This document shows, in pieces, positions 48,669 through 57,367 of a stretch of 64,000 nucleotides of DNA; position 1 is the stretch's first letter; the number at the start of each line of letters is the position of its first letter. Made by a program: the position numbers and the translations under genes. Under the pieces are notes generated by a model that saw nothing but the letters and a program-made list of their open reading frames with translations, searched no databases and had not been told where the DNA came from. This DNA is from Candidatus Magasanikiibacteriota bacterium (GTDB lineage: Bacteria; Patescibacteriota; Patescibacteriia; Magasanikbacterales; GWA2-37-8), in contig JAHFHV010000001.1 in assembly GCA_023246725.1 (NCBI GenBank), positions 13,618 through 77,617 of the forward strand, read 5' to 3'.

Positions 48669-50939
48669 ATGAACCTCACAACCCCGGTAAGCGAACTCAC
48701 CAAGGTAGGCAAAACCGCGGCCAAGCGCCTGGGGTATCTTGGCATTCACACCGCCCAGGACTTATTGTATTACTTTCCGTTTCGCTACGAAGACTATCGC
48801 CGCGTGGTTTTAATTAAAGATTTGCGAGACGGAGAGAGTGTTACCATTAGTGGAGCAGTGGAACTAATTTCCAATCGGCGCAGTTTCCGCAGCCGCAAGA
48901 TGGTTACCGAGGCGCTCATTCGCGACCACAGCGGGAGCTTGCGCGTGGTGTGGTTTAACCAGCCGTTTATTGGCAAGGCGCTCCGCCCGGGCGATAAAGT
49001 TTATCTCTCGGGCGCTGTTAAAGGCGATCTGCTGGGGGCCCAAATGGTCAGCCCGGCTTATGAAAAAATTACGTCGCGGGAAACTACCTCAACCGCGCGC
49101 CTGGTGCCAATGTACGCGCTTACGGCCGGACTTACCCAAAAACAAATTCGATTTTTAGCCCAGCAAGTAGCGCCGTTGGCCGAGCAGCTGTCTGATTGGC
49201 TGCCAGCCAAAATTTTAGGACAGTATGATTTGATTCCACTGCCCCAGGCTCTCCGCGGCATTCATTTTCCGATTGATGAAGCGGCTCTTAAAAAGAGCAC
49301 CGAGCGATTGAAGTTTGATGAGTTATTGCTGCTCCAGCTTCAGGCTGAAGACAGTCGAAAAAACAGATTAGACCACAGCGCGCCCCAGCTTACTTTTCAC
49401 CAAAGCGCTCTGCAAGAGTTTGTGGGCCGCCTGCCGTTTACGCTTACCAAAACCCAAAAAATCGCGGCCTGGGAAATACTTCAAGACATCCAAAAATCAA
49501 CTCCGATGAACCGCCTGCTCTCGGGCGATGTTGGCTCGGGCAAAACCGTGGTGGCGGCTATGGCGCTGTACTCAGCATTTTTAAATGGTTACCAAGGAGT
49601 GCTCATGGCGCCAACCGAGATACTCGCGGCCCAACACTTTGCGTCTTTGTGTAGATTGTTTAGCGGTCTCCCTATTTCAATTGGGTTACTTACGGCTAAT
49701 CAAGTTTCAACTGTCATTCTGAACGGAGCGCAGCGCAGTGAAGAATCTCTGTCTCAATCAATCAACGGAGAGAGATCCTTCGCTACGCTCAGGATGACAG
49801 TTGCTAAAAAAGAAAAAGAAGGATTTTTGAAAAAATTAGCTATCGGAGAAATAAAGATCATCGTTGGCACGCACGCTTTGCTTTCGGAAGGGGTACATTT
49901 TAAAAAACTCGGCCTGGTGATTGTGGATGAGCAACATCGATTTGGCGTGGAACAGCGGAAGGTTATTAAGGAGAAATCATTGACGACTTCCAGCCAGACC
50001 TCTCTCACCGCTCTCTCCTCTGCAGAGGAGAGAGGTACGGTCACACCCTCTCCTTTGCAAAGGAGAGGGCAGGGAGAGGTCTCGCAATCGGCGCATTTTT
50101 TAAGTATGACGGCCACTCCCATCCCGCGTTCATTGGCTCTTATGTTGTATGGCGACCTCGACATTTCTATCATCAGTGAACTTCCGCCGGGACGCAAGCC
50201 AATTATCACGCGCCTGGTGGAGCCAGCCAAACGGGAAAAAGCCTATGAGTTTATTCGGGCACAGGTGAAAAATGGACGACAAGTATTTGTGGTGTGTCCG
50301 CTGATTGAAGATAAACAGGCTGGTGCGATTGTTGCCCCCCTGCGAGGGGGTGGTTCTAACGACAAAAGATCAGTCTTGAGTGAATATGACAAACTATCCC
50401 AACAAATTTTTCTTGACCTCCGCGTAGGCTATCTACACGGTAAAATGAAAGCTAAAGAAAAAGATGGGGCAATGGAGAAATTTAAACAAGGCGAGACCGA
50501 TATTCTTGTGTCCACGTCGGTCGTAGAAGTCGGCGTGGACATCCCGAACGCCAGTGTGATGATGATTGAAGGCGCGGATAAATTTGGCCTGGCGCAACTG
50601 CACCAATTCCGCGGACGCGTGGGCAGGTCAATCCATCAATCATATTGTTTGCTGTTTACCGATAGTGATTCGTATCGCTCTTCCGAGCGATTAAAATATT
50701 TTGAAACGCACCACGATGGTTTTAAACTAGCGGAAAAAGATTTGGCTATGCGGGGGCCAGGCGAAGTGTATGGCACGGAGCAAAGCGGCCTGCAACAACT
50801 CCGGCTCGCGAAATTGACTGATCAGGGCATAATAAAAAAAGCGCGCGAGGTGGCGCGCGAGGTGGCTCCAGACATTAAGAAATATCCTAAACTTTTAGAA
50901 AAGATTAAAGAGTGGGAGCGAGTGGTGCATTTGGAATAA
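48669..50939 (+). CDS. recG: ATP-dependent DNA helicase RecG with in-frame repeat insertions
   Basis: GDVGSGKT, DEQHRFG, MTATPIPR, QLHQFRGRVGR, RGPGE. Confidence 0.97.
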   Translation: MNLTTPVSELTKVGKTAAKRLGYLGIHTAQDLLYYFPFRYEDYRRVVLIKDLRDGESVTISGAVELISNRRSFRSRKMVTEALIRDHSGSLRVVWFNQPFIGKALRPGDKVYLSGAVKGDLLGAQMVSPAYEKITSRETTSTARLVPMYALTAGLTQKQIRFLAQQVAPLAEQLSDWLPAKILGQYDLIPLPQALRGIHFPIDEAALKKSTERLKFDELLLLQLQAEDSRKNRLDHSAPQLTFHQSALQEFVGRLPFTLTKTQKIAAWEILQDIQKSTPMNRLLSGDVGSGKTVVAAMALYSAFLNGYQGVLMAPTEILAAQHFASLCRLFSGLPISIGLLTANQVSTVILNGAQRSEESLSQSINGERSFATLRMTVAKKEKEGFLKKLAIGEIKIIVGTHALLSEGVHFKKLGLVIVDEQHRFGVEQRKVIKEKSLTTSSQTSLTALSSAEERGTVTPSPLQRRGQGEVSQSAHFLSMTATPIPRSLALMLYGDLDISIISELPPGRKPIITRLVEPAKREKAYEFIRAQVKNGRQVFVVCPLIEDKQAGAIVAPLRGGGSNDKRSVLSEYDKLSQQIFLDLRVGYLHGKMKAKEKDGAMEKFKQGETDILVSTSVVEVGVDIPNASVMMIEGADKFGLAQLHQFRGRVGRSIHQSYCLLFTDSDSYRSSERLKYFETHHDGFKLAEKDLAMRGPGEVYGTEQSGLQQLRLAKLTDQGIIKKAREVAREVAPDIKKYPKLLEKIKEWERVVHLE

Positions 50940-51015
50940 TCTAAAATGAGGCGATGATAAACAAGTATTGATTTTTTGAGCTTGATTTGTCATTTGACCT
51001 TTGGATTTTGATATT

Positions 51016-52377
51016 TTAAGCCGTATGTTTAATCAATTCCTGAATATTCACAACGTCGATAATTTTTAATTTATAATTTATAATTTTCAATTTCTTTCCT
51101 CCGTTCGTAATAACTCTTTTTAATCCAACCAACTCACATTCCTTCAGTCGTTTTTCCATTTGCCCTACTGGCCGTACTTCACCACTTAAACCAATTTCGC
51201 CAAATACTACCAGGTCACTTCCGAGTACCTTGTCTTTATAGGAGCTCGCAATGGATAGCGCCACCGCCAAATCTGCGGCCGGTTCACTGGCTTCCAGGCC
51301 TCCCACCACATTCACATGCACATCATATTGTTCCAGTTTCAGTCCAGCGCGCTTTTGCAAAACCGCTATCAACACGTGCAATCGATTAATATCAAATCCA
51401 CTCGCCTTGCGCGTGGGATACCCAAACGCCGTCTTGGTTACTAGTGCCTGAATTTCCACCAAGAGCGGGCGCGTTCCTTCCAAGAGGCAGGTGAGGACAT
51501 TCCCGGGCGCGTTTTCACCGCGCTCCAGTAAAAATTGCGCGGACGGATTTTTCACTTCTTTGAGTCCTTCAGAGTGCATTGCAAAAATCCCTACTTCATC
51601 CGTGGCGCCAAAACGGTTTTTCACCGTACGCAGAATTCGGTAATCATGGTGGCGGTCGCCCTCGAGGTACAGCACTGTATCTACCACATGCTCCAAAGTT
51701 TTCGGTCCAGTAATCGTCCCATCTTTAGTTACGTGGCTCACCAGGACTACCGCGGTGCCGGTGGTTTTGGTGGCTTCGAGAAGTTTTACCGCGCTGGCGC
51801 GAATCTGGTTCACGTTCCCGGGTTCGCCTTCCACTTCCCCGGAAGAGATGGTTTGGATGGAATCGATAATAGCCAGAGCTGGTTTTGTAGTTTGAATCGT
51901 CGCAATGATCGTTTCAACATCAGTTTCGTTCCCCAGGCGCAGTGTCCCCGAAGAAATATGTAACCGGTCAGCCCGGAGTTTAATTTGCTCAATGGATTCC
52001 TCCGCCGAAAGATACAAGGTGCTGGGGATTGCCGCGGCCAACTGCAAGGCCAAGGTCGATTTTCCAATCCCCGGCTCACCACCCAGCACAATCAAACTCC
52101 CGGGCACCAGGCCCCCGCCCAGCACGCGGTCCAGCTCGCCAATATTGGTTTTAATACGCGTGAGATTTTTTCCTTCAATTTCTTGCAAACCAAACGTCTT
52201 GGCTGTGGGATAATTACTATTTGAATTTTGGTTTTTGGATTTGATTTGGAATTTGACATTTGACATTTGACATTTTTCAATCGTTCCCCATTTACCACAT
52301 TCCAAACACCGGCCCGTCCATTTAGTGAACTGGGCGTCGCAGTTGGCGCAGGCAAAAATGAGGGAGTCTTTGGGCAT
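51016..52377 (-). CDS. radA: DNA repair protein RadA
   Basis: C4 zinc finger, GEPGIGKST, DSIQT, KNRFG, GEIGLSGE. Confidence 0.97.
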   Translation of the reverse strand: MPKDSLIFACANCDAQFTKWTGRCLECGKWGTIEKCQMSNVKFQIKSKNQNSNSNYPTAKTFGLQEIEGKNLTRIKTNIGELDRVLGGGLVPGSLIVLGGEPGIGKSTLALQLAAAIPSTLYLSAEESIEQIKLRADRLHISSGTLRLGNETDVETIIATIQTTKPALAIIDSIQTISSGEVEGEPGNVNQIRASAVKLLEATKTTGTAVVLVSHVTKDGTITGPKTLEHVVDTVLYLEGDRHHDYRILRTVKNRFGATDEVGIFAMHSEGLKEVKNPSAQFLLERGENAPGNVLTCLLEGTRPLLVEIQALVTKTAFGYPTRKASGFDINRLHVLIAVLQKRAGLKLEQYDVHVNVVGGLEASEPAADLAVALSIASSYKDKVLGSDLVVFGEIGLSGEVRPVGQMEKRLKECELVGLKRVITNGGKKLKIINYKLKIIDVVNIQELIKHTA

Positions 52378-52388
52378 ATTGATACTTT

Positions 52389-53633
52389 TTATATCACCCA
52401 TCGAGGAAGAAAATGCACGGCGGTGTTTTCTATTTTTGTGGCATGGAAGGCGGAATCTCCCAAAAGTAAAGCGTGGGACGGGCGGTATTCCCGTATAAAG
52501 TTGTGAAGCGATCGAGTAACGGTCGCTGTATTGAGCAAACTTTTACTTTCGATGGGAATTACCGTTGGTCCGGTTTTAACAACAAAATCAACCTCCGACT
52601 GGGATTTGCTGCGCCAATAATTGACTGAGCAATTCTGTTTTAAGAGTTGCGTAAAAATAAAATTTTCATATAGCGGCCCCTTGTCGCTCCGCCGGTTAAG
52701 CGGGTTAAAATTTTGCAGGACATAATTTCGCAGACCAGTGTCGAAAAAATACGGCTTAGGATTTTTGGTGATTTCTTTGCGTCGGTTGGAAAACCACGGC
52801 CGCACCAGTTGGCAGATAAAAGTTTTTTCCAGAATATTGAGATATTTTTTTAGGGTTATCTGATCGTATCCGGAAATTTGGCCGAGTTCGTTATAGTTTA
52901 CTAATTGCCCGATTTGCACCGCCAAGGCTTCAATTAGTTTTGAGAGCTTAAAATCATCAATTAGGCCCAAGGTATCCTTAATATCACGCAGAAAATAGGT
53001 GTTGTAAATATTGCTTAAAACAGTCATTTTTTTATCTTCGGTATCTTCTAGTATTACTCGCGGGTAGCCGCCCCAAATAATAAATTCATCGGCCAGCGCT
53101 AAAAGTTGGCTATTAGCAGGGCCGCTAATTTTTAGCGAGGCAATGCTTGGTTTTTTTAAATTAATGTGCTGGCGGCATTCCGCGTATAGCGCCATGAGCG
53201 ATGGATCGCGGAAAGACACGAATTCCTCAAAATCAAGCTCATACAGGTTAAAAATAAAAACCCGGCCGACTAAAAATTTTAGCGCCTTGATGGTTAAATC
53301 AATAGCGCTGGAACCGGAAATTATTATTTTACAGCCCGGGTAAGTGTCATAGAGATATTTAAGATTTTTTCCGCCTTGCTTGGCATATTGGAATTCATCA
53401 ATAAATAGGTATTTGCCTGCTAAGTATTTCTTGGCAAATCCGTCAATATCCCGTTCAAAGTCAGCCAGGGTTTGCATTTTATCAAAACTAATAAAAACCG
53501 CGTCGCTTAAGCCGCCATGGATTTTTTTTAACAACGTGGTTTTGCCGCTTTGCCGCGGGCCGACAATTGCCAAAATTTCTGGGTCTTCTAAATAGCTTAA
53601 AATGGTAGTCTCTAATTTTCGCTTAATATACAT
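52389..53633 (-). CDS. AAA_14 ATPase with DUF4143 domain
   Basis: GPRQSGKTT, IDEFQ, GGYP, FDTGLRN, EVDFV..IESK. Confidence 0.9.
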   Translation of the reverse strand: MYIKRKLETTILSYLEDPEILAIVGPRQSGKTTLLKKIHGGLSDAVFISFDKMQTLADFERDIDGFAKKYLAGKYLFIDEFQYAKQGGKNLKYLYDTYPGCKIIISGSSAIDLTIKALKFLVGRVFIFNLYELDFEEFVSFRDPSLMALYAECRQHINLKKPSIASLKISGPANSQLLALADEFIIWGGYPRVILEDTEDKKMTVLSNIYNTYFLRDIKDTLGLIDDFKLSKLIEALAVQIGQLVNYNELGQISGYDQITLKKYLNILEKTFICQLVRPWFSNRRKEITKNPKPYFFDTGLRNYVLQNFNPLNRRSDKGPLYENFIFTQLLKQNCSVNYWRSKSQSEVDFVVKTGPTVIPIESKSLLNTATVTRSLHNFIREYRPSHALLLGDSAFHATKIENTAVHFLPRWVI

Positions 53634-53719
53634 AAAATTCAGGCATACTTACTAAAATAATATTACAATATCATTTTAGCAGATACAAAAATATATGTCA
53701 AATCTGGGTGTGTATAAAT

Positions 53720-53752
53720 CCAAAACTCCTCTGTTTTTAAGAGGAGTTTTGG
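53720..53752. terminator. Terminator-like hairpin
   Basis: caaaactcct...aggagttttg. Confidence 0.65.
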
Positions 53753-53847
53753 GTACCAAATGGTTTCATTATCATTCGTGGCCAAATAACGGAGGCGAAG
53801 TTGGGGTAGATAAAAATTATAGATTTGCCAATTTTTAGTTTAAGATG

Positions 53848-55422
53848 CTAGAAAGGCAGATACCACGAACAGGCGTGGCCTTGTGATGCCGCCTTTTTTT
53901 CTTCATTTTTTAAACCTAACTTTGTCCAATCGAAAGCGCGCGGGTCGCCGTGTCCGTTTGATGGAACTAGTTCACAATGGCCAACAATATTTTTTGAAGC
54001 GAGAGGAATATTATAACGCGCCCTAATATCATCTACCAATTTTTTTAAAGAATCATATTGTGCCGCTGTCGGATCGCATGCTGTGTGTACATCTTGCGCG
54101 GAAGGATTTTTAAGTGAGTTGCATGAATTCCCGCTGGCATCTTTGCCAATATTAAGCTCTATTCCTATGCCATCATTGTTGCCGCCTGGCGCATGGGGGA
54201 CAACACACCTCTCAGCGGCATGTTGAACGATTTTCCCATCCTTGCTAATAGTATAATGCGCGCCAGCAAGTTTGTACTTAATTGGTTTGCCGTTTTTGTC
54301 ATATCTTTCTTTCTCCGGTATCTGATCAGGATTTCTATTGTAAAAACAACCTTTATACCATGTATTCTGGTTCATTTCTAAAGTATAACCACCATTGTGG
54401 ATAACTATTTTTTTAATATTTGATGAATCCCGTGTTTTATAAGTGCAAACATCAACTTTACCAAGAAAAGTTTGTGTATCAACATAGCTACGGTTTTTTT
54501 CTCCGGGAGTAAGTTCTTTCAAAGAATCACATGGGCCAGAGACAGCCTTTATGGCAATAACAGTGGCTTTTTCATCCTCTATATGATTATCTTCTAACGC
54601 TATCTTTGCCACATACTTCACCCGCAAGGCTTTAAAGGCCACTAAATCCGGATTAAGGTAAAACATTATTACGTACGAAAACCACAGAATCATAAGGCCA
54701 ATGACAATCTGCCCAATGCGCTTATAGGCTTCCATTTTGCCTTCGCCGCCGCCGGAAATAACAATGTCAAACCCTTTTTTAATAATAATGGCTACGGCCA
54801 CTACGCTTCCCACGGCCACGCCGAATTTATACACGGCGGCAATGTATTCCCCAATCCACGGGATGTGCAAGAAGCCTTCCGCGTCCACTTGGCCGGACAG
54901 ATCGGAAAATTTAAGCTGGGGAAGGCGGATCATTAGCTTGGGTTTATAGGTGCCGGCGTTAATTTCGTTCTGCAGGCTAAGGCCCCATACCCCGGGGTCG
55001 AGCAAAGCATCAGTGGCGCTGGACTTGCCGGGTTTAAGGGGCGCGCAGATTTCCCCGTGGGTGCTTTCGCAATAGTCTAGGTCTTTTGTGGTGTTAGCGC
55101 CGTCAACACAGCTCCATTCGCCATGGTCGCTGGGAGCGCCGTAGGCGCTAAAACAGTCGTTATCATCGTCGCAGTCGCAATACCATTTGTTTTCAATAAT
55201 GCCACCCTGGTTTTTAAAAACTTCCGTGCTTTTTTCGCAATCGCCGCTAAAACACTGGGAGTCGCCCTGGCATTCTTCGCCAAACTTTTTTTTGCCGCCG
55301 GTAGGAGCCTGTTCGCAGCTGCCGGCCAAGGCCGGCGCTAGCGGCGCGAGAAGAATAAAAATCAAACCGGTTAACCAGCTAACGGCCAGGGCTTTACAGA
55401 TTAATGCTCGTGGGCGCGACAT
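53848..55422 (-). CDS. Pilin-like TM hairpin fused to N-acetylmuramoyl-L-alanine amidase (Amidase_2)
   Basis: Cys-rich N domain; VAVAIII..G..GG..AYKRI..G..LNPDLV; IVIHN, AHYTI..DGKIVQ, HA, IGIEL, IVGH..DP. Confidence 0.85.
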   Translation of the reverse strand: MSRPRALICKALAVSWLTGLIFILLAPLAPALAGSCEQAPTGGKKKFGEECQGDSQCFSGDCEKSTEVFKNQGGIIENKWYCDCDDDNDCFSAYGAPSDHGEWSCVDGANTTKDLDYCESTHGEICAPLKPGKSSATDALLDPGVWGLSLQNEINAGTYKPKLMIRLPQLKFSDLSGQVDAEGFLHIPWIGEYIAAVYKFGVAVGSVVAVAIIIKKGFDIVISGGGEGKMEAYKRIGQIVIGLMILWFSYVIMFYLNPDLVAFKALRVKYVAKIALEDNHIEDEKATVIAIKAVSGPCDSLKELTPGEKNRSYVDTQTFLGKVDVCTYKTRDSSNIKKIVIHNGGYTLEMNQNTWYKGCFYNRNPDQIPEKERYDKNGKPIKYKLAGAHYTISKDGKIVQHAAERCVVPHAPGGNNDGIGIELNIGKDASGNSCNSLKNPSAQDVHTACDPTAAQYDSLKKLVDDIRARYNIPLASKNIVGHCELVPSNGHGDPRAFDWTKLGLKNEEKKAASQGHACSWYLPF

Positions 55423-55425
55423 ATT

Positions 55426-56073
55426 TTATTTCGCGATTAAACTCATCAGCATCTGCTCAAGATCAACAGCTTGATCTACGCGCACTCGTTTGTTGTTGGC
55501 AAACAAAGCCGGCGGGTTTTTAAGGCCCAGCGCCGCGGCCAGGCTGGCGCCAGCGTCAATCCCCGGCTCCATGGTTCCAGACGACAAGCACTGCTGCCAT
55601 TCAGTAAGGTTAAGTTTAAGCGCCGCGGCCAATTCCCGCAGAGCCTTGGCGCCGGCTTTGGTTGGCCGCGCCGCCAGCTGGTCGGCATACTGCCAAAATT
55701 TGCCTTGCGCGCCAGCGCACCAAGCGGCCACATGCGGGGCAAGATTGGCCGGGGAAAACAGCTGGCTCTTAGGCAAGTCCTTCCAGGCCAGCCGGGCATC
55801 GCTCGGGTGCGCGTCCACAAAGGCAGCGAGCGTCCGCAATATTTTTTTACTAGCCGCATCGCCTAAATCGGCGAAGATCACCAGTGTGAGCGGCGCCCCG
55901 GGGTTGCCGCGCAGGGGGTCGCTGCTTAAAATTGGCAGGGGGTAGTTCTCAAAACTAATTAAAGGAGCGACTTCGGCCGTGGTCACAATTCCTTGCGCGC
56001 GTTTAACCTGACGCCAGAAAATTATGGCCAGGATGATTGTGCAGAGCCCGATAATCAACAATAGTTTTTTCAT
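55426..56073 (-). CDS. DsbA-like thioredoxin-fold protein lacking CxxC
   Basis: DPLRGNPGAPLTLVIFADLGDAAS, AAWCAGAQGKFW, PALFAN. Confidence 0.8.
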   Translation of the reverse strand: MKKLLLIIGLCTIILAIIFWRQVKRAQGIVTTAEVAPLISFENYPLPILSSDPLRGNPGAPLTLVIFADLGDAASKKILRTLAAFVDAHPSDARLAWKDLPKSQLFSPANLAPHVAAWCAGAQGKFWQYADQLAARPTKAGAKALRELAAALKLNLTEWQQCLSSGTMEPGIDAGASLAAALGLKNPPALFANNKRVRVDQAVDLEQMLMSLIAK

Positions 56074-56074
56074 A

Positions 56075-57307
56075 TTATAAGTTTACCTGAAACACCCCCT
56101 GTTTATTGGGATCCGTAAACAGCACCTTATTTTTTTTAGCATCGTAGGATATTGAATTGATGTGAAAGTTATTACCCAAGGGAACATTGGTGGTCAAACC
56201 GGTTTTCAAATCAATTTTGTACATGTCATCGGGCAGAGTGTCGGCAATGGCCGGCGACATGCCCGCTCCTTGGGGCAAGTCGCGCGGCACAGCGCAGAAC
56301 AGGGTGTTGTCATCGCCAAACGAACATTTGTTAGCCCAGGTGTTTAAGCGCAGAGTTTGGCGGTTGCTGCCAATATCATCACCATACGAATTCACCACCC
56401 ACAGCTCTGGTTTAAAATCGCTGCGGGCGCTATCCACGCTGTAAAGCAGTTTTTTACCGGTCGGCGACCACTGCGGCTGAAAATTCAACCCTTCCACGAC
56501 CGTGGATTTAAAATTTTCCCCGTTCAAGCCCACAAATAATACTTCCACCCGGTCGGCCCCTTGCGGCGCCCCGGTGCGGGACAAAGCCACGGTTTGCCGG
56601 CTGGGCGACCAATCCACGGTAACGCGGTCGCCATTATCGCCCAAGGGTTCAATTAGCTTGGTGCCGGTGCCGTCGTCTTTGGCTACCACCAGCCAGCGGT
56701 TTTCCGGTGAGAGTCCTAGGCTTTTGGCCGCTACTTCCGTGCTATCTGGGGAAAAGGAAAAATCTTGCCAGTGTTTGGGCAAGGTAATTTGTTTTTTAAG
56801 ATCAAAATTGTACAAAATTTTGGAGCTGTCGGGGTACTCCAGCACCGCTTTGTTACCAGTTTTTGCCCAGGTAACATTTTGGACGTTATAGAATACTTGG
56901 TCGCTTAAGGCAGTGGTTTGCCCAGCGTCGCCCACGCGGTAAAATTTGCCGTCTTGCGCGTTATGGTAGCGAAAATCGCCGCTCGCCGCCAGAGAAGAAA
57001 AAACGGCCGCGTCAGCATTAAGCTGAGTTACCGGTTCCGGCGTAAAGTAGCTGGGCGTCGCTCCAGGAATGGCGCCTGCCGTCGGCAAGCCTCCTTCCGC
57101 GCCGCCGCTTGGTGTTGCCTCGCCCGCCCCGGGCACGCGTTCTCCCGCGCCCGGCAGCTGGCCAGGCGCTGCGCCCGGGCGAGTTCCGCCGACCGTGGTG
57201 GGGGGCGGCGTGGCCTTAAAAAACAGCGTGAAAATGCCCCAGGCAATTAAAGCCGAGATTGTAAGCAAGCCGAGGATGAGGAGAATTCGTTTGAGTCCAG
57301 AAGACAT
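56075..57307 (-). CDS. Membrane-anchored beta-propeller (TolB-like repeats) protein
   Basis: FSFSPD, WSPS, PQWSPTG repeats after TM and Pro/Gly linker. Confidence 0.75.
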   Translation of the reverse strand: MSSGLKRILLILGLLTISALIAWGIFTLFFKATPPPTTVGGTRPGAAPGQLPGAGERVPGAGEATPSGGAEGGLPTAGAIPGATPSYFTPEPVTQLNADAAVFSSLAASGDFRYHNAQDGKFYRVGDAGQTTALSDQVFYNVQNVTWAKTGNKAVLEYPDSSKILYNFDLKKQITLPKHWQDFSFSPDSTEVAAKSLGLSPENRWLVVAKDDGTGTKLIEPLGDNGDRVTVDWSPSRQTVALSRTGAPQGADRVEVLFVGLNGENFKSTVVEGLNFQPQWSPTGKKLLYSVDSARSDFKPELWVVNSYGDDIGSNRQTLRLNTWANKCSFGDDNTLFCAVPRDLPQGAGMSPAIADTLPDDMYKIDLKTGLTTNVPLGNNFHINSISYDAKKNKVLFTDPNKQGVFQVNL

Positions 57308-57367
57308 AGGAAGTGAAATATCAAATGACAAATGTCAAATACCAAATGTGATTATCGCCGTGATTTT

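Noticed and set aside
5590-49799. Dispersed TGTCAT palindromes as a CRISPR array
   Set aside because: Scattered, variable, no regular spacers, no cas genes.
49709-50082. RecG insertions as inteins or introns
   Set aside because: About 29 aa each, no splicing motifs, and they match intergenic repeats.
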